Shown piece by piece: positions 34,986 through 47,930 of a DNA stretch of 64,000 nt. The stretch covers positions 242,360,001 through 242,424,000 of the forward strand of contig NC_086097.1 in the NCBI RefSeq assembly GCF_963921235.1, written 5' to 3'. The DNA comes from Mobula hypostoma (Eukaryota). Each line of letters begins with the position of its first letter. The stretch's first letter is position 1. A program made the translations under genes and the position numbers. The notes beneath the pieces were generated by a model. It saw only the letters and a program-made list of their open reading frames with translations, ran no database searches and had not been told where the DNA came from.

Positions 34986-37771
34986 TACTGTATATGACAA
35001 ACAACATGATACCCTGCACTGCTCCCTGAGGCACACCACTGGTCATAACTCCCCATCTCCATCCTCTTACTCCTTCCACAAAACCAATTCCGTTCCCAAT
35101 TGCCTAGATCACCCTGGATCCTCTGTGATCTCATCTTTTGCCGTGCGGAGCCTATCAAAAGCCCCGCTAACATCCGTGTCGTATCCTACTTCCCTACCCT
35201 TGTCCGTCTGAGTCACCGCTTCAAAGAAATTAAACTTGTGCCCATGCATTGTTTTTTATTCATTATTTAAATGTGCGAATTTATAAACTGTCCTCTTTTA
35301 TGCCAAGCTATGGACAGTTTTATCTCCAAATTAATTTTACAAGGATGTTTTATATGGTACAGTCCTATAGCTGACGGGATCGCAGGGACTGAGTGAGATA
35401 TAAAAGGGAGGCACGGTAGCATAGTGGTTAGCACAATGCTTTACAGTGCAGGTGACCCAGGTTCAAATCCCGCCACCATGTGCAAGGAATTTGTACGTTC
35501 CTCCCCCCCCCCACCCCCCGACCGCGTGTTTTTTTCCCCAGGTGCTCCAGTGTACTCCCACACTGATAAGTAATGGTAGGTTAATTAGTCAGTGTAAATT
35601 GACTTGTGAGTAGACAAAGGTTAAAACGGGGTTGCTAGGCAGCACGGCTTGATGGGCCAGGAGGGTCTATTCCATGCTGTATCTCAATAAATAAATAAAT
35701 ATTTTTAAACACGAGAAAGCCGGCGGCTGCTGGAAATCCAAAGCAACACACACGAAATGCTGGAGGAGTTCAGCAGGTCGGGCAGCATCTCTGGAAATGA
35801 ATAAAAACAGTCAACTTTTCAGGCCGCGACCCTTCATCCGGACTGCATAAGATAATTCTTGTGTAGTTTTAGTCCTAGACACTAGGGTGTGTTAAACAAC
35901 AGCTTAAAATGTACAGCATTTGCAAGGAATTGCTGGTAGTTCTCAGTCGATGTGTCAAGGCCTTGTGGATCTTGTTGATAATTCCCAGCATGTTTGCAGT
36001 GCAATCTACACTCTGATTCTTCATGAGATTTGATTTGAAACAGGTTCCTCAAACTCAGTAATTTGATTGAGGATTGTGTGGGCTCTGGGAAGACGGAAAA
36101 TTGGATTTCTTTAAAATTTATTTCTAGTTTGTTTTAAATCACAAGTTCTTACATGTTTCACCTTTCAAATGTAATTGTCATTTTTATATCTGTTAAATAT
36201 ATGTGAATATCAGATTCATTCTGTAAAATTTGGATGTGATTTTAAAAAACAGAAAATTTGGGGCAGTGCTGGCAAAGGCTTTAAAGATTAGTTTTATTTG
36301 TCAGATGTACATCAAAGCATACAGTAAAAAGCGTTGTTTGCGTCAATGACCAACACTGCCCAGAGATGTGCAAGTGTCGCCTTGCCATCCCTACACTGGC
36401 AACACAGTGTGCTCACAACTTATTAACCCTTAATAACCTGTGCCTGTTTTGGACTGTGGGAGGAAACCAGAGCACCCGGTGGAAACCCAGGCTGTCAAGG
36501 GGAGAACGTAATAACTACAATCCGTATCAACATATTCACTCCCCCTTGGAAAGTTTAATGTTTTATTGTTTTACAACATTGAATCACAGTGGATTTAGTC
36601 TTGGCTTTTTTGACACTGATGAACAGAAAATACTCTTGTGTCAAAATGAAAATAAATCTCTACAAGTTGGTCTAAAATTATTATAATTATTAAACACAAA
36701 ATAATTGATTGCATAATTACTCCCCCCCCCCCCCCGCCAAGTCAGTAGATGCACCTTTGGCAGCAATTACAGCCTTGAGTCTGTGTGGATAGGTCTCTCT
36801 CAGCTTTGCACATCTGGACAGTGCAATTTTCCCCATTCTTCTTTACAAAACTGCTTAAGTTCTGTCAGTTTGCATGGGGATTGTGAATGAACAGCCCTTT
36901 TCAAGTCCAGCCACGATTTGACTCTGACTTGGCCACTCCAGGATATTAACTTTGTTGTTTTTAAGCCATTCCTGAGTAGCTTTGGCTTTACACTTGGGGT
37001 CATTGTCTTGCTGGAAAACAGATCTTCTCCCAAGTCACAGTTCTCTTGGAGACTGCATCAGGTTTTCCTCATGGATTCCCCTGTATTTTGCTGCATTCAT
37101 TTTACCCTCTACTTTCACAATCCTTCCAGGGCCTGTTGCAGTGAAGTATCCCCACAGCATGATGCAGCCACCACCATGCTTCACGGTAGGGATGGTGTGT
37201 TTTTGATCATGTGCAGTATTTAGTTTGCGCCAAACATAGCATTCAAACTGATGGCGATAAAGCTCAATTTTGGTTTCATCAGACCATAGAACCTTCGTCC
37301 AGCTGACTTCAGAGTCTTCCACATGTCTCCTGGCAAAATCTAGCTAAGATTTCATGAGATTTTTTTTTCCAACAGTAGCTTTCTCTTTATCACTCTTCCA
37401 TAAAGCTGCGACTGATGAAATGCCCAGGCAACAGTTCTGTGCGCAGTCTCTCTCTTCTCAGCCACTGAATCTTGTAACGTCATAAGATATAGGAGCAGAA
37501 TTAGGCTATTCAGCCCATCGAGTCTGCTGCGCCATTCCATCATGGCTGATTTCGGATCCCACTCAACCCCATACACCTACCTTGCCATATCCTTTGATGC
37601 CCTGACTGATCAGGAAATGATCAACTTCCGCCTTAAATATACCAATGGACTTGGCCTCCACTGCAGTCTGTAGAGCATTCCACAGATTCACCATTCTCTG
37701 GCTAAAAAAATACCTCCTTACCTCTATTCTAAAGGGTCACCCTTCAATTTTGAGGCTGTGCCCCCTAGCTA

Positions 37772-38363
37772 TTGAATTGAATTTTTATCCCTGACATCCT
37801 TCAGAGACATGAGGAGTAAAAATCTTTACATTTCGTCTCCGTCTAAATGTACAATGTGCAATCATAGTAATTTATAATAATTTATAATAAATAGAACAGT
37901 CAATGTAATATGGAGTACACTCAAATCAGCTTGAGTTCATCAGTCTGATGGCCTGCTGGAAGAAGCTGTCTCAAAGCCTGTTGGTCCTGGCTTTTATGCT
38001 GCGGTACCATTTTCTGGATGGTAGCAACTGGAATAGATTGTGATTGGGGTGACTCAGGTCTCCAATGATCCTACGGGCCCTTTTTTCACACCAGTACTTG
38101 TAAATGTCCTGAATCATGGGAAGTTCACAACTACAGATGTGCTGGGCTGTCTGCACCACTCTCTGCAGAGTCCTGCGATTAAGGGAGGTACAGTTCCCAT
38201 ACCAGGCAGTGATGCAGCCAGTTAGGATGCTCTCAATTGTGCCTCTGTAGAAAGTTCGTAGGATCTGGGGGCCCCTACCAAACTTCCTCAACTGTCTGAG
38301 GTGAAAGAGGCGCTGTTGTGCCTTCTTCACCACACAGCTGGTGTGTACAGACCACGTGAGGTC
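37772..38363 (-). mobile_element. Rex1/Babar-like 3' fragment nested in a CR1 (37480-37771 plus 38364-38393) inside the Tc1
   Basis: DLTWSVHTSCVVKKAQQRLFHLRQL..ESILTGCITAWYG; attga tail. Confidence 0.9.
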
Positions 38364-38777
38364 TGATACCCCCACCATAGGAAACATCCTCTCTTGCAGA
38401 GTTGTCAGAGGTTTCCTGGGGCCTCCCGCACTAAACGCTTGCACGGTCACTCAGTTTTTGAGGACGGCCTGCTCTAGGCAGATTTACAGCTCTGCCATGT
38501 TCTTTCCATCTCTCAATGATTGAACTGTATTCCAGGGGATATTCAGTGACTTGGAAATTTTCTTGTACCCATCTCCTGACTTGTGCTGTTCGCAGAGTTG
38601 CTTGGAGTGTTCTTTTGTCTTCCTGGTGTACTGACTCACCAGCAGTTGGGCCTTTATAGATACAGATTTATTTTTACTACAATCAATTGAAACACCTTGA
38701 CTGCATACTGGTCTCCAAAAACAGATCTCCACTTAACTGAATATGTGACTTCTAAAACCAATTGACTGCACCAGTGA

Positions 38778-39253
38778 TAGAAACATAGAAAACCTACAGC
38801 ACAATACAGGCCCTTCGGCCCACAAGGTTGTGCCGAACATGTCCCTACCTTAGAAATTACTAGGCTTACCCATAGCCCTCTATTTTTCTAAGCTCCATGT
38901 ACCTATCCGAAAGTCTCTTAAAAGACCCTATCGTATCCGCCTCCTCCACCGTTGCCGGCAGCCCATTCCAAGCACTTACCACTCTGTTTAAAAAAAAAAC
39001 AAACAAACAACTTACCCCTGACATCTCCTCTGTATCTACTCCCCAGCATCTTAAACCTGTGTCCTCGTGTGGCAATCATTTCAGCCCTGGAAAAAAGCCT
39101 CTGACTATCCACACGATCATTGCCTCTCATCATCTTATACACCTCTATCAGGTCACCTCTCATCCTCAGTCGCTCCGAGGAGAAAAGGCCGAGTTCATTC
39201 AACCTGTTTTCATAAGGCATGCTTCCCAATCCAGACAACATCCTTGTAAATCT
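38778..39253 (-). mobile_element. CR1 3' fragment nested in the Tc1
   Basis: ORF 38918-39241 (RLRMRGDLIEVYKMMRG); tgat on both flanks. Confidence 0.9.
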
Positions 39254-40224
39254 CTGATGATTTGGTGTGTCTTAACAGGGGTGAATGCTTATGCAATCTA
39301 TTATTTTGTGTTTTATATTTGTAAACACAAAAATTTACAAATAAATTAATTTAGATCACTTTGCAGAGATCTGTTTTTGTTTGACATGAGAGTTTTTTCT
39401 GTTAATCTGTGTCAAAAAAGGTAAATCCACTATGATTCAATGTTGTAAAACAATAAAACGTGTAAACTTTAAAGGGGGGGGTAAATACTTTTTATGGGCC
39501 CTATACTTACAGACAACAGCTAGAATTGAGCCTCGATATGAGTTCTGAATATAAATCACAAATTAAAACATCAAATACATTAACATTTTGGATGACCTGT
39601 CCGGGGCCCAGCACATGGATGTAATCACAAGAAAGGTGCCACAGTGTCTCGTCTTTACTTAGGAACTTGAGGGGGTTTGGCTTGTAAACGAACACTCTAG
39701 CACAGTAGTGCACAGTGAAAGTAACCTCGTGGTCTGGCATGGCAATTCAAATGCATGGGAGAGTAAGAACCTCCGCCCAGTACATCGTGGTAGTGTCTAC
39801 AGAAGACGTTAACTCATAAAGGCAACATCAGTCATCGAGGTTCCTTACCACTGGACCCACAGTAGTGAGTACAGAAGCCTGAAGTCCCACACCATCAGGT
39901 TCAAAGATTCAGTTCTTCAACCACCTGGGAAGGTCCCTAATTATTAGAGCCATAGAAAAGTACAGCACAGAAACAGGCCCTTTGGCCTATCTGGTCCATT
40001 CAAAACCATTTAAACTTCCTACTCCCATTGACTTGCACTGGGACCATAGCCCTCCAAACCCCTACCACCCACTCACCCAACCACCCAGCCAACTTCAGCG
40101 GATAAAGCCTGTTTCCATTTACCCTATCTATACCCCTTATAATTTTGTATATCTCAAATTTCCTCTCAATCTGCTATGTTCCAAGGAATAAAGTCCAAAC
40201 CTATTCAATCTTCCTTGTAACTTG

Positions 40225-41080
40225 GTCCAATCTGCTAGTTGAATTTGCAGATGATACTATACTGATTGGCCTTATCTCAAATAATAATGAGGCGACCTAC
40301 AGTGAAGAAAGCATCACCCTGACACTGTGGTGGCAAGAAAACAACCTCTCCCTCAATGTTATAGAAACAAAGGAGCTGGTTGTGGACTACAGGAAGAATT
40401 GAGACAAGCTCACACCTATTGACATCAATGGATCCGGGGTTGAGTGGGTGAACAGCTTTAAGTTCCTCGGCATACACATCACAGAGGACCTCATTTGGTC
40501 TGTAAATACTGGCTGTGTGGTGAAAAAGCACAACAATGCCTCTTTCACCTCAGACGGTTGAAGAAGTTCAGCATGAGCCCCCAAATCCTAAAGACTTTAT
40601 ACAAGGGCACAGTTGAGAGCATCTTGACTGGCTGTATCAGGGCCTGGTATGGGAACTGTACTTCCCTCAATTGCAGGATTCTGCAGAGAGTGGTGCGGAC
40701 AGCCCAGCACATATGTGAATGTGAATTTCCTACTATTCAGGACATTTACAGTGACAAGTGTGTAACAAGGGCCCGAAGGATCATTGGGGGCCTGAGTCAC
40801 CCCAACCACAAACTGCTCTAGCTGGGAAACGGTACCGCAGCATAAAAGCCAGGACCAACAGGCTCCGGGATAGCTTCTTCCACCGGGCAATCAGACTGAT
40901 TAACTCACACTGATATAATTGTATTTCTAAGCTATATTGACTGTTCTGTTGTATATCTTATTGTACATACCGTTCGTTACAAATTACTATAATTTGCACA
41001 TTACACATTCAGATGGAGACTTAACCTGTAGATTTTGGCTCATGTATGTGAAGGATGTAAGAAATAAAGTCAATTCAATT
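40225..41080 (+). mobile_element. Rex1/Babar-like 3' part inserted antisense in a CR1 fragment (about 39945-41260, -)
   Basis: EFADDTILIGLIS..ENNLSLNV..TKELVVDYRK; ESILTGCIRAWYG; caatt tail. Confidence 0.9.
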
Positions 41081-41419
41081 CCTCAAGTTCCAACAGCGTC
41101 TTTGGAAATTTTCTCTGCACTCTTTCAACCTTATTTACATCTTTCCTGTAGATAGGTGACTAAAACTGCAAACAATACTACAAATTGGGACCGCCAGCGT
41201 CTTAAACAACTTCAACATCTCCTGTACTCAATACATTTAGTTATGAAGACCAATGTTTTGACAAATGGCTCCATTTACTGTTTGAGAATGTAGTCCCTGC
41301 ATTGTGGTAGTTCCTGTAAAGGTATTTTAATTCATTGCAATTTTATTAATTGATACAGCAGTGTAGTGCCTAACGTAACAATATTATGGAGCCAGCCGCC
41401 CAGGTTCTATTCCTGCTGC

Positions 41420-41765
41420 AAAGTTATGAAGGGTATAGATAGCGTCAGTACAAGCAGGGTTTTTCCACTGAGGTTGGGTGGGATGACAACTGGAGGTCAT
41501 GGGTTAAGGGTGAAAGGTGAAAATTTTAAGAACGTGAGGCGAAACTTCTTCACTCAGAGGGTGGTGAGAGTGTAGAATGAGCTGCCAGTGCAAGTGGTGC
41601 ATGCAAGCTCAATTTCGACATTTAAGAAAAGTTTAGATAGATACATGGATGGGAGGGCTACGGTCCCGGTGCAGGTCGATGGGAGTAGGCAGTTTAAATG
41701 GTTTCGGCACGGACTAGATGGGCCGAATGGCCTGTTTCTGTGCTGTACTTTTCTATGATTCTGTG
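41420..41765 (+). mobile_element. CR1 3' end; further tails at about 42035-42300, 43510-43855, 44881-45127, 50725-51170, 62320-62750
   Basis: RRNFFTQRVVRV motif and ggccgaatggcctgtttctgtgctgt 3' UTR. Confidence 0.85.
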
Positions 41766-44631
41766 CTGTCTGAGCGTTTTTCCCGTGAATGTGTTTGCGT
41801 TTCAGGTGCTTTGGTTTCCTCCCTCATTCCAGAGTCGTACGGGTTTGTCGGTTAATTGGTCATGGGTGTAATTGAACAGCGCAGGCTCATTGGGACGGAA
41901 GGACAGAAGGGCCTTTTGCTGTTCTCTAAATAAAATAAACTTGTTAGTGCAACTCTAACTGTTCTACTGAAATTGACCTAGTAAATACTGTTTATAAAAT
42001 ATGCAGAAATGGCTCTGAAATTCTCTCACTTTCTTGCCCTGCGATTGAATGGGACCAGAGCTAGAGCTCAGGGGTTCAGGGTGAAAAGTGAAGTGTTTAA
42101 GGGGAACCTGAGGTGCAGCTTCATTCAGAGGGTGGTGAGGGTGTGGAATGAGCTGCCAGTGGGAGTGATGGATGCAACATTTAAGAGAGGTTTGGATAGG
42201 GACGTGGATGGGAGGGGGTTGAATGGATATGGTCAGTGGTAATAGGTAGATCAGTTCAGTGATGGGCCAAAGGGCCTGTGCTGTAGTACTCTGACTCTAT
42301 TTGTGGTGAGTAGGTGCCATGTTCTAGGTTCTCTCTAGCCAAGTCAACAGGCCTGCAATGAAACTAGAAGCAAGCTATTCCTTTTGTCTCCTATATGTCT
42401 CATACTTTTGAAGGGTGAAAAAAGACTTTCCAGAACCTTTTGACGTCAGACCTGCTACTAGTGCTGTGGCACGGCATTGACTCCCATGTGTCCGGACTGG
42501 TTCTGCATTTGTGTACCTTCCGTTGGAGTGGCCGAATCCAGAAGCTGATAATTGACGCGGAGGCACCAAATTATGAGATCTAGCGTTGGAGGTTACTCGG
42601 AGTGTAGCACTGCCATAGCTCGGAGCATTCCGGAACTCTGCTGTTACCTGTGGAGGAGTCTGTGTACGACTCCCCGTGGAATATGTGGGTTTCCCCTCGA
42701 TTCCCCAGTTTCCTCGCATGGTCCAAGTGCGTACCAGGTAGGCAAATTGGTCATTGTAAATTGTCCCACAATTAGGTTCGGGGTAATCGGGTGCGTCAGA
42801 GAGTTGCTGGGGTGGAGAGCCAGAAGTATCTCTAAATTTTAACTAAACTTTGTACTTCCTTTCATTGTACTTTGGATTCCTTAATGGCACTCTGGGAAGT
42901 GAGCAGAAGAACATTTCCTTTGGAGATGTGGAACATGTCCTGCTAATAAACATAGAAATAAATCTTTCACGTTTTCTACCGATTGTCTTTGCCAGGAATC
43001 TACAGAACATTTTATTGTGCATCACTCAGCAATCTGTTCTTTTGTTCGTTGCTTGTTTATCTAATTTCCCTCTTTGAACTTCCACCAAGTTCAGTGAGTG
43101 TCTTCCAGATGTCATTTGAGTCCGTCAGCAGACAATAATGGCAGAAATCCTATGTAGTCTCTTCAGTGCAGTAACGTTAGACTGCAAATTCCAGTGGTTT
43201 TTACTGAAATAAGAAATAGGCTAATTGGGTTTATTGGGTTGGATCCTCTTTCACTGCAATTTGCTACTTTTTTTCACAAATTCCTTTCTACTTTCTTTGC
43301 AATGTATCCATTTCTCTCTTGCTTAAGCCCATCTCCCCTTCTGGGGCATTGGCTGCCAACAGCAGCTTGCCAACAGTCCTCTGTCCTGGGCCTGTCAAGT
43401 TGTCCCCAAGTGTTAGCACATCTTCCTGGTGTCCTTCCTCTCCCAGGGATGAGGTGTTTAGGCTGCCTACAGTAAACCAGCAGGTACTGGAATACCCTGA
43501 CCTGACTGCATTGTCAGAGTTGACATGGATAGACATTTTCCATTGAGAGTAGGGGAGATTCAAACAAGAGGACATGAGTTGAGAGTTAAGGGGCAAAAGT
43601 TTAGGGGTAACACGAGGGGGGAACTTCTTTACTCAGAGAGTGGTAGCTGTGTAGAACGAGCTTCTAGTAGAAGTGGTTGAGGCAGGTTCGATTTTGTCAT
43701 TTAAAAAGAAAAATTGGATAGATATATGGACAGGAAAGGAATGGAGGGTTATGGGCTGAGTGCAGGTAGATGGGACTAGGTGAGAGTAAGCGTTCGGCGC
43801 GGACTACAAGGGCCGAGGTGGCCTGTTTCCGTGCTGTAATTGTTATATGGTTATAAGAAACACTGCAGGTTAATTCTACATGCTTTCCCTGTGCTGTTTT
43901 ATTTGGGGACGGTACTGGAGGTGGGCGTGTCATCACTGTTAAATTTGGAAAATGTTTTTAGCATTCCATTAAGTCATTAAGTTTCTAATACCATTCACAT
44001 TCAAAACTAAAGTTATAAAGTTTTTAATTTGCAGATATCTGAATAAACTTACTTTTAAGTTTATTACCCCTACTGGGGCATAGGCAGCCAACGGAAGCTC
44101 ACCACAGTCCCCTGTCCTGCTCCATTCTTTCAAGCTGCCCCACGTTTAGCCGCTCTTCTTGCCATATCCTTCCTTTCTCAGGGATGATGTCTTTGGAACT
44201 TTTGTTGGTGTTTCTATAGCTCTGGGTTTTTACGGGAAGGGCTTGTGAGTCCATAACAGTAATGTTTTGTCGCTTTTTTTTGCATGGAAGGGGCTTGGGG
44301 GGTTAGGGGTTTGATGTTTCATCTACCGTGTCCGGGTTAGTTTTTGTGTGAGGGAGGGGTTGGGGGGGCCTGTGTGGTTTGTGAGTTTTGTTTCTTTTTT
44401 CTTTTCCGTGTGGGAGACGGCGAGGGGTTGATGCCTTTTCTTTCATTGACTCCGTGGTTTTTCTGGATGTCATGGCTATCTGGAGAAGACGAATCTCAGA
44501 GTTGTATTCTGTGAGCATACTTTGATAGTAAAATGAACCTTTGAACCGTGCTCAGCCTTCCTCCTTCCACAGCTGGGCTAGGGATTCTCCATGGTGGAGT
44601 TACCCATTTCTTGTATAATTTTTTCTTCTCA

Positions 44632-44880
44632 GTTTCAATTTTGAAGCTTTTTTATTGGCAGTAGATGCTAGTGATGAGGCTGCAGGAGTAGTGTTACTCC
44701 AAAGTGATGAGGATGATGAGGTCGATCATCCAGTAGCTTACTTTTCTTAGAAATTTAATTTGCATCAAAGAAATTATTCAACCACAGAAAAGGAATTATT
44801 ATCTTTCGCTTTGGCTTTACAACATTTTGACTTGTATGTTGGTACTACTCAGAAACCACTCATAATTTACACCGATCATA
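44632..44880 (+). mobile_element. Ty3/Gypsy pol RNase H fragment
   Basis: FLLAVDASDEAAGVVLLQ..DHPVAYFS*KFNLHQRNYSTTEKELL..ALQHFDLYV..PLIIYTDH, a characteristic Gypsy RNase H; one in-frame stop. Confidence 0.9.
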
Positions 44881-45799
44881 AGAGGGGGAACTTCTTTACT
44901 CAGAGAGTGGTAGCTGTGTGGAATGAGCTTCCAGCAGAAGTGGTTGAGGCAGGTTCGATGTTGTCGTTTAAAGTTAAATTGGATAGATATATGGACAGGA
45001 AAGGAATGGAGGGTTATGGGCCGAGTGCAGGTCGGAGGGACTAGGTGAGAGTAAGAGTTCGGCATGGACTAGAAGGGCCGAGATGGCCTGTTTCCGTGCT
45101 GTAATTGTTATATCGTTATATGGTTATTGGTCTGCATTGGAGTGCATTCCATGTGGAAAAGTATTTCACATACATATATGGAGAGGTTAAACAGACACGA
45201 GTTAAATTCACTGAGATTACTGGATTTTTTCATGCAGTTGATGTTGTAATGCTGTGAATGGGATCGTGTGATGTGGTCCCGAACTGCTGAGCAATGCCTT
45301 TATCTAATCTTTTCGTTAATGCAATAGACATCTGTTTTTTTTCCCCCGGAGGTGAATTGTAATCGACCATTCTGGAGGTGGGGTGGGGGGGGGGGCCATT
45401 TCAAATCATTCAAAAAATATATAGTTAGGAATTCCTCAATCATAAAATGCTGGAAACATTTCAAAGTTCAAAGGCTTGGCACAGTAGTGTAGTGGCTAGC
45501 ACAACACTTTACAGTACAGGCAACGCAGCTTCAATTCCCACCAGTGATTGAATTGAATTGACTTTATTACTTACATCCTTCATATACGTGAGGAGTAAAA
45601 AATCTTTGTTACGTTTCCATCCAAATGTGCCTGTAAGGAGTTTGTACATTCTCCCCGTGATCGCATGGGTTTCCTGCAGGCGTTCCGGTTTCGTCCCACA
45701 GTCCAACTATGTACTGGTTGGTAGGTTAATTGGTCATTGTAAATTGTCCCGTGATTAGGCTAGGGCTAAATTGGGGAGTGCACCTTGAAGGGCCTTTTT

Positions 45800-46400
45800 T
45801 TTTCAAGTCATTCTAACCGTACATCAGCTCTGCAGGGCAGAATGAGACAGTGTTTCCCAGGAGCAGTGCAATCATAACATAACAAACACAATACTAAATA
45901 ATAAACATAACAATAAATAGTAAAACACAACAGCCGCATGTCAGTTAAAATCAAGTTAAAAGTGTCCAAAGCAGAGTCAGGTGGAGCAGCTATTTAGCAG
46001 TCTGCCTGCCTGTGGGAGGAAGCTGTTTAGTAGCCTTGTGGTTTTAGTTTTGATGCTCCTGTAAAGTTTGCCTGATGGCAGAAGAACAAACAGTTCATGG
46101 AGAGGGTGTGAGGGGTCTTTTATGATGTACCGTGTCTTCTGGAGGCATCGAATCTGAAAGAGGTCTTGGACAGAAGGTAGGGAGACCCCAATAACCTTCT
46201 CTGCTCCCCTAACCACCCTCTGCAAGGTTTTTTTGTCGATAGCACTGCAGCTGGAGTACCAGGTTGTGATGCAAAAGGTCAGCACACTCTCAACCACGCC
46301 TCTGGAGAATGTAGTTAAGATGTTAGTGGGGAGTGATGCTAGTTTAAGCTTCCTCAGAAAGTGCAATCTCTGCTGGGCCCGTTTCACAATCCCAGTAGTT
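45800..46400 (-). mobile_element. Rex1/Babar-like 3' fragment
   Basis: ORF 45977-46387: KRAQQRLHFLRKLK..ESVLTFCITTWYSS..HPLHELFVLLPSG. Confidence 0.9.
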
Positions 46401-47354
46401 TACGCAGTGTACCTCAGTAAATAAATCAATTTCAGCATTCAGCAGGTCAGGCTGCATCTTTAGGAAGAGAAATGAAGTTAACATTTCAGGCCAAAGGCTT
46501 TTCATTATCTTAAGGGCTCCATGTTTCAGCCTGCTCGCCTGTCTGATATCAGTTCAGTTAGTTTAATGCTCATTTTTAAGCATTAAGGAGTAAACAGAGC
46601 AGACCAGAGCAAATAAATATGTTTGCAAAAAACCTTTGCGCTTGTCAGAAAGTCTCGACTTCAGAGTTGTTTATTTTTAACTTTTATCAGAATCAGAAAC
46701 TGGTTTATTCTCAGAATCAGGTTTAAAATCACTGACGTGTCATGAAATTGGTTAACTTTGTGGCAAACATAGTAAAAAGGAAATTTTTAAAAAAAGTAGT
46801 GAGGTAGTGTTCATGGGTTCAATGTCCATTCAGAAGTCTGATGGCAGAGGGGAAGAAGCTGTTTCTGGATCATAGAGTGTGTGACTTCAGGCTGATGGTA
46901 GCAGTGAGAAGAGGACATGTCCCGAGTGATGGGGATCCTTAATGATGGACGTCGCCTTTTTGAGGCATCGCTCCTTGAAGATGACCTGGATACTACGGAG
47001 GCCGTGATGGAGCTGACTAACTTAACTCTCTGCCTCGATCCTGTGCAGTAGCCCCCGCCCCCCCCCCCATACCAGACGATGATGCAGTCAGTTCATTGAT
47101 CAATAAAACCATAAGATATAGGAGCAGATTTAAGCCATTTGGCCATCGAATCTGCTGTGCTATCTCATCACAACTGATCCACTTTCCCTCTCAGCCCCAA
47201 TCTCCTGCTCTCTCCCTGTTACCCTTCATACCCCGACTAACCAAGAATCCATTAACCTCTGACTTAAATACACCCGATGACTTGGCCTCCGCAGCCGCCT
47301 GTGGCAATGAATTCCACAGATTCACCACTCTCTGACTAAGGAAATTCCTCTGTC

Positions 47355-47930
47355 CGCAACAAGCAGGATTTCCCAGTAGCCAATTACTTTCATTCCTGTC
47401 CCTGGTCCTGTTCTGACAGGTTTGACCACGGCCTCCTCTGCTGCGAGGATGGGGCCATTCTCAGGTCGGAGGCATAACATTTCGTATTCCGTCTGGGTAG
47501 CCTCCAACCTGAAGGCAGGATCATCAAGTTCTCTAACTCCTGGTATTTTCCTTTTCTTCATCTTCAATTCCCCACTCTGGCTCCCTGCTTTAACTTTTCT
47601 CGTCTCCCCACCTGCCCATCACTTCCCTCAGGTGCCTCTTCTCCTTCCTTTTCTCCATGATCCACCCTGCACTCAGATCAGATTCCTTCTCCAGCCCTTT
47701 ACCATGTCCAAACATCACTTCCCGGCTTCTCACTTCATCCCCCCCACCCTGCCCAATTGTCTGCACTTTCATCTTCTAGTTTGTCTTCCTTCCCCCAAAC
47801 CCCCACCTTCTCATTCCGGCTTCTCACTTCCAGTCCTGATGAAGGGTCTCGGCCTGAAATGCCGACTGTTTATTCCTCTCCATACCTGCCGCCTGAACTG
47901 CTGAGTCCCTCCAGCATTTTGTGTGTGTAC
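47355..47930 (+). mobile_element. Penelope-like 3' fragment; a second one at about 48205-48735
   Basis: GIY-YIG-region remnant (..ccgtctgggtagcctccaacctga), pyrimidine-rich UTR, hammerhead motif, ctgctgagt.cctccagcattttgtgtg end. Confidence 0.82.
47831..47868 (+). ncRNA. Minimal hammerhead motif, cleavage triplet mutated
   Basis: CAGUC-CUGAUGA-AGGGUCUCGGCCU-GAAAU-GCC-GACUG; perfect 5-bp stem I. Confidence 0.6.

Larger units (their letters stand above)
36518..39503 (-). mobile_element. Tc1-like transposon with long TIRs and a decayed transposase, carrying three nested LINE insertions
   Basis: WTKVLWSDETKIEL..PTVKHGGGCIMLWG (37035-37322); HKSGDGYKKISKSLNIP (38484-38732); ttttattgttttacaacattgaatcacagtggattta (about 36560-36598) inverted at about 39422-39457. 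Confidence 0.93.
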
